Of a DNA stretch of 64,000 nt, positions 19,661 through 30,312 are shown in pieces. Made by a program: the position numbers and the translations under genes. Numbering within the stretch: position 1 is the first letter of the stretch; each line of letters starts with the position of its first letter. Source of the stretch: an uncultured Chloroflexia bacterium (GTDB lineage Bacteria > Chloroflexota > Limnocylindria > Limnocylindrales > CSP1-4); assembly GCA_963831715.1 (NCBI GenBank), contig CAWHRB010000003.1:644117-708116 (forward strand), given 5' to 3'. Under the pieces are notes generated by a model. The model did not search any database. It saw only the letters and a list, made by a program, of their open reading frames with translations, and had not been told where the DNA came from.

Positions 19661-19976
19661 CGCGCTCCAACCTCCACGATGGATCTCGCCGACCGCCTCG
19701 CTGCCGACCTCATCGGTCCCGAGACGCCTGCCATGAAATTTGAACCAAATCACCTAGTCGCGACGCCATACCACCAGAGGGTCCACATCGAGTCAGGCGT
19801 GGCAGGCAACTGACGCCGGCGCTGACCGACCGAGATGGGTCGTAGGTGGATCACAAAAGAGAGGGGAAGGGAGGGACGCGATGGCCGAACTCGAGCTGCG
19901 ATCGAGCGCCTGACCCGAGAAATCGACACTCGCCGCGCTCGGCGCGCCAAGGAAGCCCGGATTCGAGGACAGACGC

Positions 19977-21302
19977 ATGACGCATTCCCGGCAACATTCG
20001 AGGGCCAGACTCTGGCTGTCGGCGCCGATGGCGATCGCGCTGATCGTCGTTTCGATGGTGATACCGGCCACCTCGGTCGCGGCCCGTGAGCCGATCGACA
20101 TGGTCCTCGAGTGGAACATCAATGCGGTCAACGCGATCGGCAATCCCCCGGCCATGACCCCGCCGAGCGCTTCCCCACCCGGTCTCGGCCAACCTCCACC
20201 GCTCGCACCCATCCACCTCGCGATGGTCCACGGTGCGATCTACGACGCCGTGATGGCGATCGTCGACACCCACGAGCCGTACCTGAAGGGTCTCAACGCC
20301 CGGAGGTCGGCCTCCCAGCCGGCCGCGGTCGCGGCTGCGGCGCACGGGGTCCTTGTCGGCCTCGCCGCTGCATCGCCGGAGGTCAAAGCCAGCGTGGACG
20401 GCCTCTATGCCGCGTCCCTTGCGAAGATCCGCAACGGAACGGCCAAGCAGCGCGGCATCACCGTCGGCAAGGCCGCGGCGGCAGCGATGCTCGCGAATCG
20501 TGTGGGTGACGGCCGCTTCGGCACGTACGCTTTCCCGATCGGCACCGATCCCGGCGAGTGGCGCCTCGTGCCGCCACAGAACGCGAACACCTTCGGATGG
20601 GTGAGCCTCGTCAAGCCGTTCACGCTGCGGCGTGCGGACCAGTACCGGATCGGGGCGCCGTATCCGCTCACCAGCGCCGCATACGCCAGGGAATTCAACG
20701 AGGTCAAGCGGCTCGGTGGGGCGACCTCGACCCGGACGCCATCGCAGGCCAAGGTTGCCAGCTGGGCGTCGGTCAATCCCTTCGCGATGGTCAACCGCGG
20801 CCTCCGGGACATCGCGACCAAGCGCCACCTCTCGACGAGCCAGCAGGCACGCCTGTTCGTGATGACGAGCATGTCGACCGCTGACTCCCTGATCGCATGC
20901 TGGGAGAACAAGGATCACTGGCTCTTCTGGCGCCCACAGACCGCGATCCAGCTCGCAGGTACGGATGGGAATCCGGCCACCGTGGCCGATCCCAACTGGA
21001 CGTCGCTGATCGGGAACCCCGGCTACCCGGACCCGCCGTCGGGCTTCAACTGCCTGGTGTCCGGGGCGATGAACGCCGCGCGCGCCTACTTCCGGACGGA
21101 CCGGATGAAGTTCAGCCTCACGAGCGTCGGAGCGGTGCCTGTCACCCGGCACTACACCCGATTCAGTGGTCCCATCAAGGACGCGATCGAGGGTCGCATC
21201 CTCGTCGGCATCCATTTCCGACGGGCCGACGTCCAGGGAGCCTGGCTCGGCCAGAAGGTCGCGCGGTATCTCTCCACGCACTTCTTCGAGCGAGACGACT
21301 GA
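19977..21302 (+). CDS. Secreted PAP2 / vanadium-haloperoxidase-like protein
   Basis: The signal peptide is MAIALIVVSMVIPATSVAA. PAP2 motif 1 is K-x6-RP (KDHWLFWRP). A motif-3-like block is GRILVGIHFRRAD. The motif-2 position reads PSGF rather than PSGH. The 10-codon uORF ATGGCCGAACTCGAGCTGCGATCGAGCGCCTGA at 19881-19913 lies in the 5' leader. Confidence 0.65.
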   Translation: MTHSRQHSRARLWLSAPMAIALIVVSMVIPATSVAAREPIDMVLEWNINAVNAIGNPPAMTPPSASPPGLGQPPPLAPIHLAMVHGAIYDAVMAIVDTHEPYLKGLNARRSASQPAAVAAAAHGVLVGLAAASPEVKASVDGLYAASLAKIRNGTAKQRGITVGKAAAAAMLANRVGDGRFGTYAFPIGTDPGEWRLVPPQNANTFGWVSLVKPFTLRRADQYRIGAPYPLTSAAYAREFNEVKRLGGATSTRTPSQAKVASWASVNPFAMVNRGLRDIATKRHLSTSQQARLFVMTSMSTADSLIACWENKDHWLFWRPQTAIQLAGTDGNPATVADPNWTSLIGNPGYPDPPSGFNCLVSGAMNAARAYFRTDRMKFSLTSVGAVPVTRHYTRFSGPIKDAIEGRILVGIHFRRADVQGAWLGQKVARYLSTHFFERDD

Positions 21303-21330
21303 CCACGTAGATCAACGAAGCACAGACGCG

Positions 21331-21368
21331 ACCCCCGGCCCACTTGGGGAAGGGCCGGGGGTCTTTCA
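21331..21368 (+). terminator. Rho-independent terminator
   Basis: GACCCCCGGCCC, the loop acttggggaa, then GGGCCGGGGGTC (12-bp perfect stem) followed by TTTCAGG, 29 nt after the haloperoxidase stop. Confidence 0.7.
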
Positions 21369-21408
21369 GGCTGGACGCTGACCAGCACCCGGTCGATACT
21401 CAGATCCG

Positions 21409-23333
21409 ATGACGGAACGTCCGGACGGCGGCCCGCCGGCGCTACGACGAGCTGTACCGCCGCTCGCTGGATGACAGCGAAGCGTTCTGGCTCGAGGCCG
21501 CCGGCCGGCTCGACTGGACCGACACCACCGGATCGCGCCCTCGAGCTCCGCGAACCGCCGACCTTCGCCTGGTTCCCGGACGGCCGCACCAACCTCTCGA
21601 CCAATGCGCTGGATCGCCATGTCACGGCCGGCCGTGGCGATACCACGGCGCTGATCGCGCTCGACGAACGAGGCGGCCGGCGGTCGCTGACCTATCGCGA
21701 GTTGCTCGACGACGTGGAGCGGGTCGCCGCCGGCCTTCGCGGTCTGGGCATCGAGAAGGGCGACCGCGTCACGATCTACATGCCGACGTCGGCCGAGGCG
21801 ATCGTCGCGATGCTGGCTACGGTCCGGATCGGCGCGATCCACTGCGTCGTGTTCGCCGGGTTCGGGGCGGGCGCACTCGGCGACCGGATCCGGGCGAGCG
21901 GCTCCCGACTCGTGCATCGCGACGGACGTCACCTACCGAAAGGGCAAGAACGTCGACCTCCTCTCGATCGTCGACGACGCCCTCGACGGCGGCCGGGGCG
22001 ACGTCGAGCGCGTCGTGGTCCTGCGACGAGACGCCGCCTCCCGCCCGCCGCGCGACGGCGAGCTGTCATGGGACGACGCTGCTGCGCGCCGGGCGACGGC
22101 CAAGACGGCGGCGTCGCGGACACATCGGCCGAGGACCCCGCGTTCATCCTCGCGACCTCCGGCACGACCGCCAAGCCGAAGCTCGCCGTCCACACCCATG
22201 GCGGCTACGGCGTCCACATCGCCTCGATGGGCGACTGGGTGTTCGGGCTGCGCGCCGGGCGAGACCTGGTGGTCGACGTCCGACATCGGCTGGATCGTCG
22301 GCCACAGCTACATCGTCTACGCGCCGCTCATGGCCGGGGCGACCACGATCGCCTGGGAAGGCGCCCTCGATCACCCGGACGCCGACAACCCCTGGTCGAT
22401 CATCGAACGCGAGGGCGTGACCGGCGTCTTCAGCTCGCCGACCGCGATCCGACTGCTGATGCGCTACGGCGAGGACATTCCGCGGCGGCACGACCTGGGC
22501 AGGCTCGAGCGCATGTTCTCGGCCGGCGAGGTCCTCAACGCGCCCGCCTGGGAGTGGCTCCAGCGGACCGTGTTCGAGGATCGCGTCCCGGTCATCGACC
22601 ACATGTGGCAGACCGAGACCGGCGGACCGATCTTCGGCAACCCCTACGGCCTCGGCCTGCTGCCGATCAAGCCGGGCTCGGCCGGCTTGGCGCTGCCGGG
22701 CATCGAGGCGGACGTCGTCGACAACGACGGCCGGCCGGTCGGGGTGGGGGAGAAGGGGATCATGCGCATCGTCCGCCCGTTCCCCGGGCTCATCGCGACG
22801 CTGTGGGGCGAGCCCGAGCGCTACGTCACCGACTACTGGGCGAAGATCCCGGGCGGCTACTACGTCGGCGACGCCGCGCACGTCGACGACGATGGCTATG
22901 TCTGGTTCGCCGGCCGGGCCGACGAGATCATCAAGATCGCGGATCACCGGATCGGGACGATCGAGGTCGAGACGGCCTTCCTGCGCCACCCGGCCGTCGC
23001 CGAGGCCGGCGTCACCGGTGTCCCGGACGAGCTGCGCGGCCAGGTCATCGAGGCGTTCGTCGCGCTGCGGGCCGGGCACGAGCCGTCCGAGGAGCTGCGC
23101 CGCGAGCTGATCCAGACCGTGCGCCACGAGCTGGGGCCGCTGGCCGTCATCAAGCACGTGTCGTTCGTGGCGATGCTGCCCAAGACACGGAGCGGCAAGA
23201 TCATGCGCCGCGTGCTGAAGGCCGTCGCAGCTCGACAGCGACCCCGGCGACATCAGCACGATCGAGGACGAGGGCTCGGTCGACGAGGCGCGGCACGCCG
23301 ATCGAGGAGCTGCGCGCCGGCCTCGTGTCGTGA
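21409..23333 (+). pseudogene. Acetyl/propionyl-CoA synthetase (AMP-forming), interrupted by at least 7 single-nucleotide frameshifts
   Basis: The conceptual protein MTERPDGG..RYDELYRRSLDDSEAFWLEAAGRLDWT..PPDRALELREPPTFAWFPDGRTNLSTNALDRHV...CIATDVTYRKGKNVDLLSIVDDAL...DTSAEDPAFILATSGTTAKPKLAVHTHGGYGVH...WSTSDIGWIVGHSYIVYAPLMAGATT...LPKTRSGKIMRRVLKAVAA..DISTIEDEGSVDEARHA..IEELRAGLVS has every ACS motif conserved but is spread over all three frames. The junctions are near 21435, 21530, 21905, 22085, 22095, 22270, 23240 and 23290. Confidence 0.7.
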
Positions 23334-24039
23334 CACCGGGCGCGGTGCCGTCATCCGAGGGCGCTGTCGACGCGGTCTTCTTCGACCTGTTCGGGACGCT
23401 CCTGTCGCTCGCGCCACTCGACGACGGCGTGCGAGCGCGTCGCACCCGGCCGCGGCGCCGAGCTCGCGGCACGGTGGCGCGCACGACAGCTCGAGGCGTC
23501 GTGGCTGCGCACGGCGATGGATCGATGGGTGGACTTCGACACGATCACGGACGAGACGCTGGGAGCGACCCTGGACGAGCTCGCGATCCCGGTACCCGAC
23601 GAGCGTTGACGATCTCGCGGACGCCTTCGCGGCGCTGCCGCTCGTGCCGGAGGCTGCCGAGGCTGTCAGCAGACTTCGCGCGGCCGGCCTGACCACGGGG
23701 ATCCTCACCAATGCCTCGGCGCGGACGCTCGACCGCGTCGCCGCTCGCATCGGGATCCCCTTCGACCATCTCCTGTCGGTCGACGCGGCGCGGCGGTTCA
23801 AGCCGCACCCCGACGTCTACCGCCTCGCCGTCGACGCGACCGGCTTCCCGCCGGAGCGGATCGGCTTCGTCACGGCCAATGGCTGGGATGCCGCGGGCGC
23901 GGGCACGTTCGGGTTCCGCGTCGCCTGGCTCCGAGCGGACCCCGCTGCCCGCCTGCCCCCGGTCGGCGCGCCGGAACCCGTGATCGCGAGTTGGCCGGAG
24001 CTCATCGCGATGTTCGTCACCGAAGGCCGCGGGCCCTAG
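23330..24039 (+). pseudogene. HAD-superfamily hydrolase (haloacid dehalogenase type II-like), 2 frameshifts
   Basis: GTG 23330 overlaps the ACS stop (GTGA). Motif I is VDAVFFDLFGTLL. The cap domain ELAARWRARQLEASWLRTAMDRWVDFDTITDETLGATLDELAIPVPDE sits in a second frame, and the core VDDLADAFAALPLVPEAAEAVSRLRAAGLTTGILTNAS...FKPHPDVYRLAVDATG...GFVTANGWDAAGAGTFGFRVAWL in a third. Confidence 0.6.
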
Positions 24040-24051
24040 CCCGAGGCAGCC

Positions 24052-25192
24052 TCACCGATCCGACGTCTTGGCCTCGAACAGCTCCCACTCACCTGGCACA
24101 CCGCGCAGGGTCACGTCGCCGAGCGACCTGAAGGCCAGGTCGGTGCCGGTGACAAGGTCGCGCACCGTCCTCGTCACGACGACCTGGCCGCCTTCGGCAG
24201 ACCCCAGCAGGCGCGCGGCGATGTGCACGGCGATGCCCCCGATGCCGGTCTCGCGGCGCTCGATCTCGCCTGTATGGATACCGGCACGGATCTCGACGTC
24301 GAGGCCGCGCGCTGCCTCGACCAGCTCGAAGGCGCAGCGGAGGGCTCTCGTCGGGGCATCGAAGACCGCCATGACGCCGTCGCCGGTGAACTCGACGTTC
24401 TGCCCGTGCCACCGCTCGATCTCGGTGTGGACGACACGTTGGTGCTGTTCCAGGAGCTTCTTCCAGGCCCGATCGCCCATCGAGGCCGCCCGACCGGTCG
24501 AGTCGACGATGTCCGCGAAGAGGACGGTCGCCAGCGTTCGCTCGAAGTCTTCCGCGGCCTGCATGGAGCGGACCTGCTCGTTGGTCCACTGGAAGTCCTC
24601 GAGAAAGCGGCCGGTCGGGACCTCGGAGTCCGGGGCGTACGTGAGCAGGACGACGCCCGAGCTGAACGTGCGTGAACCGACCAGCTTGAGGTGGTGCGTG
24701 TCGATGCGGTCCCGGAACAGGCGCTTGCCGCTGCCCAGGATGACCGGGTAGACGAGCAGCCGGTACTCATCCACCAGGTCGTGCCGCAGGAGCTCGTCGA
24801 CCAGGTCCGGACTGCCGTACACCATCAGGTCGCCGCCGGGCTGGGCCTTCAGCTTCCGGACCTGGGCCGGCACGTCGCCCGAGATGATCGTGGTGTTGCT
24901 CCAGTCCGCCCGCTTCAGCGTGTTCGATACGACGTACTTGGGGATGCGATTCATGCGCTCGGCCAGGTCGTTCTCGGTCTTGGCCGTGGGCCAGAACGCG
25001 GCCCAGATCTGCCACGTCCGACGGCCCATCAGCAGCGCATCGGCGGTCGCCACCTGGGCCGTGTTGTAGTCCTCGTCCTCGTCGTTCTGCACGCGCAGGG
25101 CCCAGGCGTTGCGGCCACTCCGGTGCTCGTCGAATCCCGGGCGCCTCGACGATGCCGTCGACGGTCACGAACGCGGTCACGACCAGCTTCAT
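24052..25192 (-). pseudogene. RibD_C-like (dihydrofolate-reductase-fold) domain fused to a class III adenylate/guanylate cyclase domain; one frameshift near the N-terminus
   Basis: The N-terminus MKLVVTAFVTVDGIVEAPG is in the frame starting at 25192. It shifts at about 25137 to FDEHRSGRNAWALRVQNDEDEDYNTAQVATADALLMGRRTWQ...LMVYGSPDLVDELLRHDLVDEYRLLVYPVILGSGKRLF (RibD_C). The cyclase catalytic domain follows: ATVLFADIVDSTGRAASMGDRAWKKLLEQHQRVVHTEIERWHGQNVEFTGDGVMAVFD...IRAGIHTGEIE...GIAVHIAARLLG. Confidence 0.7.
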
Positions 25193-25278
25193 GGCCGCAA
25201 GACTAGTCGCCGCGGAGCGCGACGGCGCGAGCACTGGCCCCTGCTACGCTGAACTTCGAGAGCAGGGGAGTGAGACCC

Positions 25279-26324
25279 ATGTCGACAGTACCGAAGGCGG
25301 TCGTCGGAGGTGTTCCGGTCGATCGCTCACCGCCCGGCGGGCGACGCGGATGTCCTGCCGGTCGAGGGCCACCTGCCGGGGTTCGATGGCGCGACCGGTT
25401 GGCTCAACTCCGAGCCGCTCACGCCGGCAGGGCTCCGCGGTCGAGTCGTCGCCGTCGACTTCTGGACCTACACCTGTATCAACTGGCTGCGGACGGCGCC
25501 GTACCGTCCGTGCCTGGGACGCCAAGTACCGCGATCACGGGCTGACCATCATCGGCGTGCACACGCCCGAGTTCGCGTTCGAGCGTGACGTCGACAACGT
25601 GATCCCGCGAGCGCGGGACTTCGGCGTCGACTATCCGATCGCGCTCGACCCCGATTACGGGGTCTGGCAGGCCTTCGCCAATCACTTCTGGCCGGCGCTC
25701 TACGTCGCCGATGCCGAGGGACGGATCCGCTACCACCACTTCGGCGAGGGCGAGTACGCGATGTCCGAGATGGTCATCCAGCAGCTGCTCATCGAAGCCG
25801 GTGCGCAGGGAATCGATGGCGGTCTCGTGTCGGTCGAGCCACAAGGCTTCGAGGTGGCCGCCGATTGGGAGACCCTCCGGACGCCCGAGACGTACCTTGC
25901 CTACGGCCGGAGCGCGGGCTTCGCGTCACCCGATGATCCGCGTTTCGAAGCACCACATCCCTACCCGGAGGTGTCCCGCCTGGGCCTCAACCAGTGGGCG
26001 CCTGTCGGCAACTGGACGCTCGCGCAGCACGCAGCGGTTGGGAACGACGCCGGCGGACGGATCGCCTTCCGTTTCCAGGCCCGCGACGTGAACCTGGTCA
26101 TGGGCCCGGCCAGCCGAGGAGTATCGGTGCCGTTCCGGGTGCTGCTGGACGGGCAGGCGCCCGGGTCCGCGCACGGGTTCGATGTCGACGATCAGGGGAA
26201 CGGCATCCTCGACGACCAGCGCCTGTACCAGCTCATCCGCCAGGACGGTGCCGTCGCGGAACGAACCGTCGAGATCGAGTTCCTCGCGCCCGGCGCAGAG
26301 GCGTACTGCTTCACGTTCGGCTGA
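25279..26324 (+). pseudogene. Thioredoxin-like (redoxin) domain protein with a C-terminal beta-rich domain, 2 frameshifts
   Basis: ATG 25279 has GGGGAG 8 nt upstream. The redoxin core LPVEGHLPGFDGATGWLNSEPLTPAGLRGRVVAVDFWTYTCINWLRT is in one frame. After an extra C in taccgtccg it continues PYVRAWDAKYRDHGLTIIGVHTPEFAFERD... to 26324. Confidence 0.6.
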
Positions 26325-26359
26325 GGTCGGCCGCGCGACATCGTCGGACGCCGACTCCG

Positions 26360-27157
26360 TCAGGCGGGGTCGACGGCCAGCCCTGGAACCTCCGGCAGGT
26401 CCGGCGCCTGCGTCTCGACCGTGATCCAGCGGCGCCACGAGGTCACCACCAGCACGACAGCCAGCAGGGTCATGCCGAGGCCGCTGAACACGAACAACGT
26501 CGCCGGATCCGGCTGCGGGAAGACGAGCGACGCGGCCAGATTGCCCGAGCCATGCATGATCGTCGCGAGCCAGACGCTGCGCGTGCCGAGCCACAGCCAC
26601 GTGAGGAGGAAGGAGAACGGCACGACCCACGCCGCGAACGCCAGGAACGGCTGGCCGTAGTTCGGCATCCCCGGGATGAAGTACAGCGGGCTGTGCCAGA
26701 AGGTCCAGATCACCGCGACGATCGCTGTCGCGACGAGCGGCGACCGCTGGCGGAGCAGGCCTCGCAGCAGGAAACCGCGCCAGCCGATCTCCTCGCCGAT
26801 GACGAGGAAGAAGAGCAGGAGCAGGATCGGTTGGACCGCGCCCGGCACGGGCAGCGGGTCGTTGCCGGCAAGGACGTAGAGCACGTGGCCGATGACAAAA
26901 CCGGCGATGGGCAACCCAAACGCGGCGAGGTACCAGGCCGGGTGCACCCGCCAACGGGTGGTCACCGCCCACAGCTCGGCGATCCCTGCCCGGCCGCGCC
27001 ACACGCGAGCGACCACGAACGCCGCCGTCGCAGGCCCGAAGAGCGCGAGTAATCCGAACGCCAGCGAGATGTTGAGCAACAGCCCGACCGCGATGGACAG
27101 GACGTACGCCAAGACGACGTACGCGGCCAACGGATAGGCTCGGACTAGCCTCGCCAT
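26360..27157 (-). CDS. CPBP-family intramembrane glutamic endopeptidase (CAAX protease-like)
   Basis: It has the EEIGWRGFLL, FWHSPLY and HGSGN motifs across 7-8 TM helices. The 265 aa are intact. Confidence 0.8.
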   Translation of the reverse strand: MARLVRAYPLAAYVVLAYVLSIAVGLLLNISLAFGLLALFGPATAAFVVARVWRGRAGIAELWAVTTRWRVHPAWYLAAFGLPIAGFVIGHVLYVLAGNDPLPVPGAVQPILLLLFFLVIGEEIGWRGFLLRGLLRQRSPLVATAIVAVIWTFWHSPLYFIPGMPNYGQPFLAFAAWVVPFSFLLTWLWLGTRSVWLATIMHGSGNLAASLVFPQPDPATLFVFSGLGMTLLAVVLVVTSWRRWITVETQAPDLPEVPGLAVDPA

Positions 27158-27262
27158 GGCGGATCCACCCGATCTTCCGACGCGCCTCGCCCCCTGGCGT
27201 ATCGGCGGTCTGCCCCTCGTCGGCAGCCTACACCCAGCGTCAAAGCGGACTAGGCTGCCTCC

Positions 27263-28660
27263 ATGACGCTCTCGGATACGAACACGCCAACACGAAGCCA
27301 GCTCGACACGTTTCGCCGCTCATTCGCGGGCGAGGTCGTCACGCCCGATGCCGCCGGCTATGACGATGCGAGACGGGTCTGGAACGCGATGTTCGATCGA
27401 CGACCGGCGCTGGTCGTCAGACCCTCGAACGTCGACGACGTCGTGGCAGCCGTTCGCTTCGGCCGCGAGGTCGACCTCGAGATCGCCGTCCGCGGCGGCG
27501 GTCACAGCGCGGTCGGGCACTCGACGACCGACGGCGGCCTCGTCATCGACCTCGGGCGGCTGGACGCCGTCAGCGTCGACCCGGCGCGGCGACTCGCCCG
27601 GACCGGCGGCGGGGCGCTCCTCGGCAAGCTCGACATCGCGGCGCAGGAGCACGGGCTCGTCTGCCCGGTCGGAGTCGTCGGGCACACCGGCGTCGCCGGG
27701 CTGACGCTCGGTGGCGGCGTCGGCCGGCTCCAGCGGCGGTTCGGGCTGACGATCGACAGCCTTCGCTCGGTCGAGCTCGTGACCGCGGACGGACGCGTCG
27801 TCCGGGCCAGCGCCGACGAGGAGCCGGAGCTGTTCTGGGGCCTCCGCGGCGCAGGCGCGAACTTCGGCGTCGCGACGAGCCTCGAGCTCGAGCTGCACCC
27901 GTTCTCCGGGACCCTCCACCGAGGGGTCCACGTCCACCCGGCGACCGACATCCACGAGCTCTGGCCGGTCTTCCGCGAGTTCGTGGCGACTGCGCCGGAC
28001 ACGATCGCGGCGATCTTTACCGTCGCCCTGGCCGAGCCGGCTGCGAACTACCCGGACGCCGTCGCCGGCCGGCCGATCGTCGTCATCTCGTACAACCACA
28101 GCGGGGCAGGGGAGGACGTCCAGCGCGAGATCGCGCCACTGCTGAAGGGTCCGGCACCGGCGTCGGTCACGGCTACCAGCGAGCAGTACCTGGTCGCCCA
28201 GCGCTCGAGCGACCTCGACCTCGCCTGGGGCTCGCGGACGGCCATCCTCGGTGGCTACGTCGCGGACTGTTCTCCTGCGGTCCTGGATGCGTTCGTCGCG
28301 CACGTGGAGCACATCCCGGGTGACGCCAGCATCTCGGTGACCGCGATGGGCGGCGCGATCGAGCGCGTCCCGGACGACGCGATGGCCTTCAGCGGCCGCC
28401 CCCACCCGTTCGACGTGAGCCCCGACACGGGCTGGTCCGACCCGACCCTCGACGAGGCGAACGTGCGGTGGGTGCGCGAGGCGATGGCGATCGTCGAGCC
28501 CGACCTCCTCCCGGGCCGCTACATCAACGAGCTGTCCGACGCCGGCCCCGAGGTGACCCAGGCCAGCTACGGCGCCGCCAAGGTCGAACGCCTCGGGGAC
28601 CTCAAACGAGCCTGGGACCCGACCAACGTCTTCCACCTGAACCACAACGTCGCGCCGTAA
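27263..28660 (+). CDS. FAD-linked oxidase (PCMH-type FAD-binding domain, BBE-like)
   Basis: The FAD-binding region is VRPSNVDDVVAAVRFGREVDLEIAVRGGGHSAVGHSTTDGGLVIDLGRL. The 465 aa are intact. Confidence 0.85.
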   Translation: MTLSDTNTPTRSQLDTFRRSFAGEVVTPDAAGYDDARRVWNAMFDRRPALVVRPSNVDDVVAAVRFGREVDLEIAVRGGGHSAVGHSTTDGGLVIDLGRLDAVSVDPARRLARTGGGALLGKLDIAAQEHGLVCPVGVVGHTGVAGLTLGGGVGRLQRRFGLTIDSLRSVELVTADGRVVRASADEEPELFWGLRGAGANFGVATSLELELHPFSGTLHRGVHVHPATDIHELWPVFREFVATAPDTIAAIFTVALAEPAANYPDAVAGRPIVVISYNHSGAGEDVQREIAPLLKGPAPASVTATSEQYLVAQRSSDLDLAWGSRTAILGGYVADCSPAVLDAFVAHVEHIPGDASISVTAMGGAIERVPDDAMAFSGRPHPFDVSPDTGWSDPTLDEANVRWVREAMAIVEPDLLPGRYINELSDAGPEVTQASYGAAKVERLGDLKRAWDPTNVFHLNHNVAP

Positions 28661-28798
28661 CGGCGACCGGGGTTCGGTCGACGTTCTATCGATAATGGTC
28701 ACTTGTGAAACCGGGTCGACCGATCGGACGAATCGTCATCCAGCGAGCACCTGCGTCGATGCGTCAGGGTCTGCCCGCAGGGACGAGGAGGACGCACC

Positions 28799-29242
28799 AT
28801 GGCCCAGAACAGCCTCTATGAGCGCCTTGGAGGCGCGTTCGCGATCGCGGCTGTTGTCGACCGTTTCAGCGACGCGATCATCAGCGACCGAGTCGCCGGT
28901 CAGGGTTCGAGCAATCCGGCCCTCCGCGAATGGCACACGAAGGAACTCGCGCGACTGCCTGGTCTCAAGTTCATGCGGACGCTGTGGCTGTGCAATGTGG
29001 CGGGTGGTCCTCAGGGGTATGTGGGAACAAGTCCCGGACGAGATCGCCTGAGCCTCGAGGAAGCCCATCGCGACCTGCACATCGCGCCCGACGAATTCGA
29101 TGCGGTCGCCGCCATCCTCGCGACGACGCTCGACGAGTTCAAGGTCCCGGCGGCGGAGAAGGACGAGGTCCTGTCAGCGTTCGCCGCGCACAAGGGCGAA
29201 GTCACGGAAGGGTCTCGCGAGCCTGCCGCCGCCGTGAGCTAG
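28799..29242 (+). CDS. Truncated haemoglobin (2/2 globin)
   Basis: The opening MAQNSLYERLGG.. is typical of trHb. It is a 147-aa helical protein with an AGGAGGA ribosome-binding site. Confidence 0.7.
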   Translation: MAQNSLYERLGGAFAIAAVVDRFSDAIISDRVAGQGSSNPALREWHTKELARLPGLKFMRTLWLCNVAGGPQGYVGTSPGRDRLSLEEAHRDLHIAPDEFDAVAAILATTLDEFKVPAAEKDEVLSAFAAHKGEVTEGSREPAAAVS

Positions 29243-29364
29243 GCGCGAGGGGACCGGCGAGTCCAACACCCGTCGGTCTGCGATTACCATCAGAACGGCG
29301 TGAAGACCACCAGCGAGTCGATCGGCCGCGAGCTCGAGGCTCGATCGCGCGGGGCGACAAGGCC

Positions 29365-30274
29365 ATGCAGGCTCCTCCGATCGTGCTTGGACTGCTTGGT
29401 GTGCAGTCCAGTGCCGGTGCACATACGCCCGGGCAGGAGAAGGCGGTCGCGGCGCTTCGCTCGGCCGGTCTCGTGGAGCGACTCCACGCCGGCGGATGCA
29501 CCGTGGTCGACCACGGTGACCTTCCGGAGGTCGTGTCGCGCCCGGACCCGGAATACCGGCGGGCGCAGAACGTCCCGCTCGCCGTGGAGGTCGCGCGAGC
29601 GGTCGCGGATCGTGTCGAAGCGACCGCGATTGCGGGCCAGATCCCCCTCGTCGTCGGTGGCGACTGCACGGTCACGATCGGCGTCATGTCCGGCTCGCAT
29701 ACGAGCCGGCCAGGACCCGAGCCTCCTGTATTTCGACGGCGGGGTCGACCTTTACGTCCCGGCGACCCAGCCCGAAGGTCACCTCGATTCGATGGGCGTG
29801 GCCCACATCATCGCCGAACCCGGTCATCCGAGCTGAGCCGGGTAGGGCCGGTACCCGCTCCTGGATCCGAGCCGCGTCGTCTTCTACGGCCCGTGCCTCG
29901 CTCACACGGATGACGAGGAGACCAGCGTGCTGGCGCGGCACGGGATGCGAGCCCACCCACTGGACCGGGTGCAGGGCCGGGCACCGGTCGCTGCAGCCGA
30001 GGCGCGCGTAGCGATCGAGTCCGACGGAGGGACGTTCCTCGTGCACTTCGACGTGGATGTGTTGGACTTCGTCGAGTGCCCGATCGCCGACGTCCCACAT
30101 TTCGAACACGGGATGTCGCTCGCCGACGCGATGACGAGCCTGCGGATCCTTCTTGGCAGCCCGCAGTTCGGCGGACTCGTCATCACGGAGATCAATCCGG
30201 ACCATGCCGATCGGGAGGGCGCGTCGATCGACAGGTTCGTGGCGGCCATCGTGGCGGCGATCTGCGACGCTTGA
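29365..30274 (+). pseudogene. Arginase/agmatinase/formiminoglutamase-family ureohydrolase, about 3 frameshifts
   Basis: The N-terminus MQAPPIVLGLLGVQSSAGAHTPGQEKAVAALRSAGL...QIPLVVGGDCTVTIGVMSG is in frame 1. Then SLLYFDGGVDLYVPATQPEGHLDSMGVAHIIAEPG is in frame 2. A short stretch follows in another frame. The C-terminus SVLARHGMRAHPLDRV...FLVHFDVDVLDFVECPIADVPHFEHGMSLADAMTSLR...GLVITEINPDHAD is back in frame 2. Confidence 0.65.
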
Positions 30275-30312
30275 CGGTCTGCCGAGACGTCCGGCCACCC
30301 GATGGCAGTGCG

